Shown: positions 50,426 through 64,000 of the stretch, piece after piece
Position numbering within the stretch: the stretch's first letter is position 1
How the letters are laid out: each line of letters starts with the position of its first letter
Source of the DNA: the human T2T-CHM13v2.0 reference genome, Homo sapiens
Direction: 5' to 3' (one strand)
DNA length: 64,000 bases
Assembly: GCF_009914755.1 (NCBI RefSeq)
Contig: NC_060930.1
Notes under the pieces: model-generated
Seen by the model: only the letters and a program-made list of their open reading frames with translations
The model's database searches: none
What the model was told of the DNA's origin: nothing
Made by a program: the position numbers and the translations under genes

Positions 50426-51239
50426 TAACTGGTCTTGATATTAAGCCTATGTCACCTTTCCAACTGGATCATAAGCATGAGAATAGCTTCTTAGGCCTTA
50501 GGAAAAAAAAAAATTCCAGAGGCTAGTGTATGGGCTTACAAACAAACTAGGTAATAAAAATAGGAATCTCTTGATTGCTTTTAATATTTACTTATAGATC
50601 TCAACAAGTTTTGCTAACATCCTCCATCAAGGTAATACAGATTTTCTATTTAAATATTTCTCTTTAACACGCAAGACCTATCCTGGAGCAGGCACCCTGA
50701 GAAGATGGAGTGACTTTTAGAATTCCCTGACCTTCTATGCTGTTGTCCTTGGGATCTCCCAGTCCTTTCCTCTCACCTTGACCTAGTTGCATCCTCTTCT
50801 AGATTCTCAGGGGCCAACCTGTGTCTCCAGGCCTAGTCCGGAGGATGGAGTGGTGGGGAGGACTCTGGGGAAGTGGGAAAACGGAGACGCAATGCGTCCA
50901 TGTACCCTATTTAATGTTGCTGCTCACAGCAGGCAGCACCCCAGCTCCGTCTCTTCAGAGGACAGTGCTTGCCTGTTCTTCTAGCTCAGTAAGTATAAAG
51001 TCTCCCTCCTCATCCTCCCCATTGAGGAATCCACCCCACCCTGTCCCACCCCACCCCACCCTACACTGCCAAGTGTTAAATAGATAAAGTGCAGGAATTC
51101 ATCAACGTACGTTTTTCTTTGGAAATACAGGTGAAGTTTTTCTCATTTCTTTAAATTGTGGGACTCTGCCAGGTGCGGTGGCTCATGCCTGTCGTCCCAG
51201 TGCTTTGGGAGGCCGAGGCAGGCAGATCACCTAAGGTCA

Positions 51240-51467
<228 letters not shown>

Positions 51468-51743
51468 TCATTCTTTTCGTTTGAATTTGTCTTTCCTCGA
51501 TATGTACTTTTTTTAGATATAAAAAATTGTTTTAAAAAGAGAAAGTAGGAAAATTATTTTAGGTACTATCTCTACGGGACAGTGTATGTTATTTGCTTTT
51601 GGAAATTAAGGCTCAGGGAAAATAGAAATGCTGGTGTAATCAGTGGAGAAGAACCTGGCTATCCTGTCCGTCAAAATCCACTGAGCTTTGGAAACAACTT
51701 CCTCCCCTCTTTCCTCCAAGAAATCCCCTTTTCCAGTGTTTTT

Positions 51744-52289
<546 letters not shown>

Positions 52290-52520
52290 TGAGACGGACT
52301 CTTGCTCTGTTGCCCAGGCTGGAGTGCAGTAGTATGATCTCAGCTCACCGCAACCTCCCGTTCCTGGGTTCAAGGAATTCTCCTGCCTCAGTCTCCTGAG
52401 TAACTGGGATCACAAGTGTGCACCACCATGACCAGCTAATTTTTTTTTTTTTTTTTTGTATTTTTAGTAGAGATGGGGTTTCACCATGTTGACCAGGCTG
52501 GTCTCAAACTTCTGACCTCA

Positions 52521-52610
<90 letters not shown>

Positions 52611-53474
52611 TTAACTGTCTCTCTCTCTCTAGGCTACTGTCTCTCAGCATATTAAACACCTTGTTCTTGCAATATCTCTAAAAGCTAGCGAACAGACTGC
52701 AAGCAAAACATCCTCTTTACACCCACAAACTCTTCCTTTTTCCCGCAGCCACCTTTCACCACCACCCAACTCTTCTCTCTTAGCCGAGCTTCATGAAAAA
52801 ATAATCTCCATTTCCTCATCTCACATTTTCTCCTCAACCCATTTGCTCATTAAATGGCAATTTGTTCATTAAATGGTATTTATGGATTGCTTAATATTTG
52901 CAAGGACTAAAGCGAAGAACATAATAACAAAAGTCTCATTTCATAAAATGAAGCTTGCACAAAGATGCCAATAAACCTCATTGTCAAATCCAATAGACAT
53001 TTCTCTGTGCTTACTTCATTTGCATATACTCTGCAGCATTTAAAAGCTTTCACAAAGGTTCAACAACTATTTGCCTGGCATTATGTGGTTGGGACAGAAA
53101 GAAATTTAATGTTGACCATCGAAAGAGGATGCTTGCATTTCAGAGGGGCTGATACATGAGACTGCGGTTTATCACAGCAGGTCTACCCTCCCCAGAGCTC
53201 AGTTTCTGCCCTTGTAAAATGGAGATAATAATTATGCCTACTTTACAAGGGTTTTGTGAGGACTAAATGAGATGATGCAGGTAAGCCCAGTGCTTGACAC
53301 CAGGTGAATCCTTCACAAATATTTGCTATTGTGGTTATGGCTTCATTCCATGGAAAGAGTTTTATACAAAGGGCCATTGGAGAAAAGATGGAGGGTACTT
53401 GGTCCAGTCAGGAAAAATCAGGGAAGGCTTTCTGGTGGAAGTGATGGTTAAGTTGAATCTTAAAAGCTGAGTTA

Positions 53475-53888
<414 letters not shown>

Positions 53889-54096
53889 CTAAAGCTGGAT
53901 AGAAAGTTTAGGTCATGGGGCAATGAGGGGACCCTGAAGTATTTATTTTTATTTATTTATTTACTTACTATTTAGGGATGGGGTCTCGCTGTGTTGCCCA
54001 GGCTGATCTTGACCTCCTGGGCTCCAGTGATTCTCCTGCCTTAGCCTTCCGAAGAGCTGGGGTTACAAGCATGAGCCGCTGCACCCAGCTCACTGA

Positions 54097-54349
<253 letters not shown>

Positions 54350-54633
54350 TGATCTTGAACTCCCAATCTCAGGTGATCCACCACCTCGGCCTCCCAAAGC
54401 CCTAGGATTATAGGCGTGAGCCACCGTGCCCAGCCTCAAATGTGTTTTTCAATACAGTATGAAGGACGGATTTAAGATGGTCAAGATCAAAGGAGCTAGA
54501 TGAGAGTCAGGAATGGATTAGAAAAGAAAGGTAAGGGCCAAACAAGAATAGTAGCTTTGGGAATGGAAAGGAGGAAACAATAATCAAATCTACTTTTAGC
54601 TCTCAAGACTATATCCTCTTCTCCATCCAAGTA

Positions 54634-54870
54634 CAGGTTGAGCATCTTAAATCTAAAAATCCAAAATCTGAAATGCTTCGACATCTGAAGCTCTTTGAGT
54701 GTGGACAAGATGTTCAAAGAAAATACTCATTGGAGCTTTTTGGATTTTCAGATTAAAGATGCTCAACCAGTAATTATAATGCAAGTATTCCAAAATCTGA
54801 AAAAAAAAAAAAAACCCAAATCTGAAATACTTCTGGTTCCAAGCATTTTGGATAAGAGAGACTCAGCTTG
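54634..54870. mobile_element. Tigger4a/MER46A-like Tc1/mariner non-autonomous DNA transposon
   Basis: TA-CAGGTTGAGCATC...GACTCAGCTTG-TA termini; 237 bp; internal AAATCCAAAATCTGAAAT motifs. Confidence 0.85.
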
Positions 54871-55587
54871 TATCTTCTCGATTCCTAAAGCCATTCCTTA
54901 AATGGTATTGCCCTTTTAGTCTTTTCTTTTCTTTTCTTTTCTTTTCTTTTCTTTTGAGATGGAGTCTCACTCTGTCACCCAGGCTGGAGTGCAGTGGCGC
55001 AATCTTGGCTCACTGCAGCCTCTGCCTTCCAGGTTCAAGTGAATCTTTCACCTCAGCCTCCAAGTAACTGGGATTACAGGCCTGCACCACCATGCCCTGC
55101 TAATTTTTGTATTTTAGTAGAGACGGGGTTTCACCGTGTTGACCAAGTTAGTCTTGAACTCAGGTTCAAGGTTCAAGGTATCCACCCACCTTGGCCTCCC
55201 AAAGTGCTGGTATTACAGGCGTGAGCCACAGCGCCTGGCCATCTTTTTTTAAAAAATAAAAATAATCTGTGGCTGGGTGCATTGGCTCACCTCATCTCTT
55301 AAAAAAATAAGTAAATAAAATAAAATAATTTGTTATTTAAATTGATTGATCAGTCGATTGTAGAGGTGGAGTGTCACTATGTTGCCCACACTGGTCTTAA
55401 ACTCCTGGCCTCAAGTGATCTGCCCACCTTGGCCTCCCAAAGTGTTGGGATTACAGGTGTGACCCACTGTGTCCAGCCTCCCTTTTTAATCTTAACCTCA
55501 CTGATACCACAGCTTCTTTCCAAATGCAAAAGCTGTCTTGTTGCTACCTAGCTTTAAACTCCTCAGTTTGGTTCCTCATCTCTAGCA

Positions 55588-55792
55588 GCAGTGGCTTTCA
55601 AACCTGTTTCATCAGGATTGATGTATTATAAGAAAGCCCATATGACTGAAACAATTGGTTCCCCACTAAAACCTATCCTTTTTACATGAAATGCACTGAC
55701 ATCTCCTATTCTATTCTTTCAAAATGCTGATTGCAATCTATTGAACTGATTTCATGAACCACTAATGGGTGCCACACAAATTGAAAAACGCT
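55588..55792. mobile_element. hAT-Charlie MER-type DNA transposon relic (subfamily uncertain)
   Basis: CAGTGGCTTTCAAAC...TTGAAAAACGCT termini; internal GATTTCATGAACCACTAATGGGT. Confidence 0.55.
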
Positions 55793-56780
55793 CATCTAAA
55801 TGGTAAAATCTAAATATCTTGGCCTGGGAGACCAAGTCTCCTAGGGTCTGGACGCCTATCTTCTATTGTGCCCGGAATGCATCCAGACCTCCATTATATC
55901 ATTTACTTTGCAGTTCTCTTAAAGATTGTTCTCCTGAATCTTTGATTCCCTTGACCAGCCTTGTCCACCTGGAAACTCCTGCTCTAAGTCACAAACTTGG
56001 GAAAGCCATTGTCTGGCTTCTTACCCATTCTTTCATCCATTTGGGTATTCATTTGTTTAAGTGGGAGCACACATTCATTGCTTTGCTTGTGTATTTCCCT
56101 TATTAGAATGTGAGTTTCATAAGGACTGAGATATTATTTTCTCTCATATATTCAGTAGTGGGACATTTATAATTTCTTCTGTGTGTTCCCTCTTCCTAGC
56201 TTATTCCTGCTCTATTTTCTGTCTGTGTTCACTTTGTGTTGAAGCTCACAAGGAAAGAGACTCACTATTACATCCCCAGAGCTTAGCACAACTCCCAACA
56301 TACAGGCAATGCTGAAGAAATGGTTGCTGATTGGCTCCATGCTAGGTATTTTTCAAGGCACAGGGAATGACAAATAAGAGGCAATTCTGTCTTTAGGAAC
56401 TCAGAGCCTTGCAGGAAAGCCCAACAAGGAAATCAACAATTGGAAGACAGTGTTAAAGCGAGCATGAGTTCATCTCTGGGGAGAAGTAGGACCGGGCTGT
56501 GATGGGGATAGGTGAAATGCAGCATTTTGGAGAGAGAGGAAAGCATGTTTCAAAGCATGCTCATAGAGAGGGCCAACCTTGGGGTGAGTATGTGTGGCAA
56601 GCCAGAAAGCCAAAAAGCTAAGTGGGTCAGACATCAAATGACTTGAATGTTTGGATACTGAAATGTCATCCTTAACTCACAGGGAGGGTACGCTGAAGGA
56701 TTCTAAATGTTAGCATGATCTGATCAGATTTGCTATCTTCTAAATGAATTGGGCCCAGGGGAAAAGCATCCTAGGTTAGA

Positions 56781-56851
56781 GGAATAAGCACTGTCCACAG
56801 ATTAGATGGACCCCACAGATTGAGGCCCCTTCTGGAGACAGTGCTTATTCC
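56781..56851. repeat. Perfect 15-bp inverted repeat (71-nt hairpin)
   Basis: GGAATAAGCACTGTC (56781-56795) and GACAGTGCTTATTCC (56837-56851). Confidence 0.9.
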
Positions 56852-57019
56852 AGGGGTCTCCAAACCCGGGTAACACAGGACAGCTTTAAAAATGCAGGCT
56901 CAGCTGTGCATGGTGGCTCACACCTATAATCCCAGCACTTTGGAAGGCTGAGGTGGGTGGATAGTTTGAGCTCAGGTGTTCTAGACTAGCCTGGGCAACA
57001 TGGTAAAACCCCAACACTA

Positions 57020-57536
<517 letters not shown>

Positions 57537-60056
57537 TTAACATTTTTAAATTTTATTTTCAAGCTCTATGTGACCTAGATGAAGGGCAGGGAAGGCTAAA
57601 TGGAGCACGAAATGACCAGGGTCCTGGAGGTGTGAGAGGTGGGCAGACCCAGGCAGGTGTGAGAGGTGGGCAGACCTGGGTTTTTTGGGCAATGGGAGGA
57701 GGTATCACTATAAAATAAGACAGAGTGGAAATGCCATCCTACAGCCTCACTTGGAGCTCTCTACAGTATTGTTCCTCAAAGACATCTTCCTTTCTTCCTT
57801 TCTCCACTCCCCTAAGTCCCCCACATCTAAAATAACACCATATAGCTCTTAAACTCCGTAATAACCTAGGTATATTATGAATTAAATAGGTTTCTATGGG
57901 TAAGAATAAGGTTAAGTGTGGAGCAGAAAGGGTTACTAAACAGCAAGTATAATATTGTTTTTTCTATTATTCTGAGGTTAAGCAGTCAATTTACAAGTGA
58001 TTTGGATTTCCTCACAATTTACTGAACAAAGAAGAAAATCTAAGATATAAAAAGGGTTTTCTACAGAAATGAATAATAAACTGAATTAAGAGAATTGGAT
58101 TCCAGTTCTAGCTTCGTAACTACCTTGAGCAAGACACTGAATTCATGTGAACTTGAAGGCGCTTATCCGTAAAATGATGATCTTGGAGCATCCAAGAAGT
58201 CCTTTCCGACTGTGTCACAGATTCAAAGCTCTTCGTTCCCTGAAGTCCTGCTACTGTGACTTGGAACTCTCTGTTTCTATGGTGTGCAGCACTCAGCACA
58301 AGTTTGTTGAATGAACAAATGATCAAATGACATTTGCCCTTCCCTGCCTGACATTCCAGTCACATTCTTCCATAACTTTGCATTTCTTCCATTAGATAAA
58401 TAAACAAACGCAAAAAATCCACAAGGCTTTTAAGATAATTTTATGCCCTTAAGGGCAGTTGTTTAAAAATCTATTTAAAACACAAAGATAAAGACTGAAT
58501 GAAAGTCTCATTATTAGAGCGCTGTACATTGCTTAATTAAATTGAAAGTGGTAAATGAAAGGTAAGATGATTAACATCCAAACTGGGGTCTTATTACCAC
58601 TCTCTGATGTTACTGCTTGTTCGTTGAGTCCTCTTATAAAAGAAATTGCACAGTACACTCAATTTCAGTTTTATACAAAAACAGCTTTCCTCCAAATTAT
58701 GCTTGTGCTGTATTGGTAATGGTTTCTATTTCTGTATTCTATTTTTTTTTCTCACTTCATGTTTTATAAATGAAGAAAATGTTAAGGTTTAATTGTTCCC
58801 TGAAAACAGGAGGACAGTCAAAGCTAACAAAAAGATATCTATGAAGTACCTATTATGTCCAAGGATTGTGTGAGGTTCTGAAATTATGGAAGATAAAAGA
58901 ATGTATTGAGAATAAATTGGAAATGTTCAAAGATCCTATGGAAATTGCTGGAATTAAAAAAGGCTCAGTTTTCAACCATAGAATCAGAAGCACAAGAAAA
59001 AAAAAACCAAAGAGGAAAAGAAAACTGGCTGTGACCTCCGTACAATTGAGACAGAGGAAAATGACTGTTAACATGAATCTGTGTAAATGGAGAAGGAAAA
59101 AGGATGCATTTCAGGACAGCTACATTTAAATAATCAAAATAATTTAAAAAGTGTAGGCAAGGTAGTGAGACTTCCTTTCTACAGAAAAAATTAACTGGAT
59201 GTGGTGGCATGCACCTGGAGTCCTAGCTACTAAGGAGGTTGAAGCAGGAAGATCACTTAAACTCAGAAGTTCAAGGTTACTGGCTGGGAGCAGTGGCTCA
59301 TGCATGTAGTCTCAGCACTTTGGGAAGCCTACATGGGTGGATCACTTGAGGTCAGGAGTTCAAGACTAGCCTGGCCAACATGGTGAAACCCCGTCTTTAT
59401 TAAAAATACAAAAATTAGCTGGACGTGGTGGTGCGTGCCTGTAGTTCCAGCTACTCAGGAGGCTGAGGCAAAGAATCACTTGAACCCGGGAGGTAGAGAT
59501 TGCAGTGAGCTGAGATGGTGCCACTGCACTCCAACGTGGGCAATAGAGTGAGATCCTGTCTCAAAATAAATAAATAAATAAATAAATAAATAAAATAAAG
59601 GCAAGAGTAAAAATCAAAGAAACATTCTTGCAACATTATCCTTGGTGATACCACACCCTACAGATATGCTGTATTCTTTTAATAGATATCAATGAACTGA
59701 CTTGTTAAAGAAAGAAAGTGGAAATGTAGTATATAACCCAAAATGCATTACATTAATATGGCCCTCATTAATCCCCTCCCCCCCAAAAATAGCAAGTCAT
59801 TCTGCTATATGGGAGAATTTCATACATGAAATTTTACAAGGATAGGTGATTTATAGGAACTTCTGATTATTATGCTTTTTGCCATTCTTTTATTATAAAA
59901 CCAGCACTCAAAAAGAATCAGGTATTGGTTCTACATACGAATTTGAAATGAGCAGGTGTGCAGTAAGCACTATATTACAGTCTGGTTAAGTAAAATATAA
60001 ACACTTAGCTTTGCTTAGAAAGCCTACTGTTGGGAAAAGCTGGGTGTGGTGGCTTA

Positions 60057-60431
<375 letters not shown>

Positions 60432-61090
60432 CTAGTACCATTTGATTACCTATCTTACTCACGGCTGTCTTGAAGGCAAACAGAAATTCCTAAGTATTTG
60501 TTGAATAAATAGATGAGTAAAGGAGTGAATAGATGCTTTGTGGTGGTAATTTAGCTTATTTTTAAAATATATATATTTTTTAATTTTTTTGTAGAGACAA
60601 GGTCTCACTATATTGCCCAGGCTAGTCTCAAACTACCGGGCTCAAGCGATTCTCCCACCTTGGCTTCCCAATGTACTGAGATTACAGGCATGAGCCACCT
60701 CGCCTGGCCAATTTAGCTTCTTCATTTGTGTTCCTCCCTAGATTGTAAATTCTTTATGGATTCTTTATGGATAAATATTTCACTGGACATCTTTATGTTG
60801 CTTGTAATGCCAAGCACAGTATCTTGCATGCATGACACTGTTCAACACATATTTGTTGTATTAATTGAAAGTGTGTGCCTGTCACCCTGCGAGGTCTGAA
60901 TGAAATAGCAGATCCAGGCCAGGTGCAGTGGCTCACACCTGTAATCCCAGCACTTTGGGAGGCCAAGGCAGGCGGATCACTTTAGGTCAGGAGTTCAAGG
61001 CCAGCCTGGCCAACATGGTGAAACCCCATCTCTACTAAAAATACAAAAAAATTAGCTGGGCGTGGTGGTGTGCACCAGTAACCCCAGCTA

Positions 61091-61258
<168 letters not shown>

Positions 61259-62445
61259 TCAAGCTTCCTGGAATCTGGATTATAACCATGTTTTAAAGTC
61301 CCCATTCCAACTTTCTTATCCACCTACCCGTTCATAGCTTAGTTTTTGGTCATTTTAGTGTTTATCTTAGTATTTTAGTACTGTTAGAAGATCTGATTTC
61401 AAGTGTTGTTTCTACCACCTATTAGATGTGTGGTCTTGAGCAACTAATTTAATCTCTAAATCTATTTTCTCATCCATTAAGAGTACTGAGTATATCTATG
61501 TAACAAGTGGTAAGGATGAGTAGGTGGTAGTAAAAGAGAGGCATCTGAATCCTCTGCAAGCATTTAAAAGAAAAATACATATATGAGTTACTTAATGTTG
61601 TAATTATTCACAGTTAGCTTTCCAAAGATAAAACTGGCTACCAATTTGTTCTTTTTTTTTTTTTTTAGAGACAGATTCTCAGTCGGTCTCCCAGGCAGGA
61701 GTGCAGTGGCGTAATCACAGCTCACTGCAGCCTTGAATCCCATGGCTCAAATGACCCTCCCATCTTAGCCTATTGAGTAGCTGGGACTACAGGTGCACCA
61801 CCACACCCAGCTAACTTTTAAATTTTTTGTAGAGATGGGGGTCTCACTATGTTGCCCAGGGTGGTTTCAAATTCGTGGTCTTAAATGATCCTCCCGTCTC
61901 GGCCTCCGGGATCAGGCACAAGCCACCAAGCCTGGTCCAATTCTGATATGCTATAACCAGAACTGGACTAGGAGAGTTGCTCACGTGCCTAATAAGGTTT
62001 AACTATATACTTATATACTTAACTATATACTTATGTTTGTTTGCATTTGAGCCATGATAGGCCCACTCAATTTTCTCCTTGTGGGATGAGAGAGACTGGT
62101 TTAAAAGCAGTTCAAGTGGAAAATTCCTGGAGTTTTAAATTCCCTCTAAGCCTTATAGGAAATGTATAATCCATTCTCTGGACTACTTGGGTAGGTTATA
62201 TCAGTAGAAGCATTGAGGCCAGAAAAACAGAGGTGATACCCTGACCTCTGTCGTGTTGAGTCAGATCTGGAGTACTGGCTCTAGACTTGTTCTGATTTTA
62301 TTTAATTTTATTTATTTATTTATTTTGAGACAGGGTCTCACTCTGTCACTCAAGCTGGAGTGCAGTGGCATGTGTTCTTCTGATTGTAATAGGGGTATTG
62401 ACAAACTAGGAACGCTCTAAGAGCAGATAGAACAGTGAAGGAGAT

Positions 62446-63047
<602 letters not shown>

Positions 63048-63223
63048 GAGATCACACTAGAAAGATAGAGATAAAAACTCAGAAAGGCCAGGACAACAGT
63101 TTTTGAATATTTGAATAGCTGCTATGTGAAAGATGAGCCAATGGATGGCGGTAATGGGAAGACATATTTGGGCTTCCCATGTACCAAAACTTAAATGTGT
63201 CTTTTGTTTAAAGAAGGCAGCTG

Positions 63224-63323
63224 AGCCGGTCCAAGTGCAATGGTGTTTACAACTGATTGATCACAACCAATTACAGATTTCTTTGTTCCTTCTCCACTCC
63301 CGCTGCTTCACCTAACTAGCCTT
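63224..63323 (+). pseudogene. Y3 RNA (RNY3) retropseudogene, full length
   Basis: AGCCGGTCCAAGTGCAATGGTGTTTACAACTGATTGATCACAACCAATTACAGATTTCTTTGTTCCTTCTCCACTCCCGCTGCTTCACCTAACTAGCCTT matches hY3 with a few substitutions. 13-bp TSD AAGAAGGCAGCTG at 63211-63223 and 63657-63669. Confidence 0.95.
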
Positions 63324-63340
63324 AAACATACATATATACA

Positions 63341-63762
<422 letters not shown>

Positions 63763-64000
63763 TGAGCCTGGGAGTTTGAGATCAGCTTGGGCAATACAGT
63801 GAGACCTTGTCTCTACAAAAAATAAAAATTAGCCAGGCATGGTGGCAAACACCTGCAGTCCCAGGTACTCAGGAGGCCGAGGTGGGAGGATCTCTTGAGC
63901 CCAGAAGGTCAAGGCTGCAGTGAAGTTGAGGCTGCAATGAGCCATGATCGCAGCACTGCACTCCAGCCTGGGCAACAGAACAAGACGCTGTCCCCTGCCA

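Noticed and set aside
58866-59129. 87-aa basic ORF with NLS-like RKKKPKRKRK
   Set aside because: A-rich composition explains the lysines; probably decayed LINE sequence; no recognisable protein.

Overview
Human genomic DNA, extremely Alu-dense (roughly 85-90 Alu copies or fragments by eye). The window lies within the long 5' introns of the minus-strand SGK1 gene (serum/glucocorticoid-regulated kinase 1; from memory chr6q23.2). Its only convincing coding sequence is one 216-nt, phase 0/0 exon at 42064-42279 (-), encoding VRRWIKSPMV...QSGCE of the N-terminally extended SGK1 isoform (SGK1.1/isoform 2). The flanking exons lie outside the window. The rest is intronic: Alu (J, S, Y, Yd, Ya5), L1, L2/MIR/CR1, THE1D and MLT2 LTRs, DNA-transposon relics, microsatellites and a few repeat-free enhancer-like stretches. 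The most unusual content is a set of atypical retro-insertions. (i) A BC200 (BCYRN1) retrocopy with no terminal poly(A), inserted antisense into the Pol III B-box of an older Alu; its target-site duplication (TSD) is almost identical to BC200's own B-box region, so it is a candidate for homology/RNA-directed targeting. (ii) A 5S rRNA-Alu chimera bracketed by one TSD. (iii) A Y3 RNA retrocopy with a nested Alu. (iv) An ~800-bp internally deleted L1 that keeps its 5' promoter and has a fold-back junction. Also seen: a near-perfect 181-bp tandem duplication, an inverted AluJ pair sharing private lesions, and an AG|GT (recursive-splice-like) start to the SGK1 exon. All family assignments come from remembered consensus sequences, with no database search. 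Repeat boundaries are approximate except where TSDs or splice sites define them.
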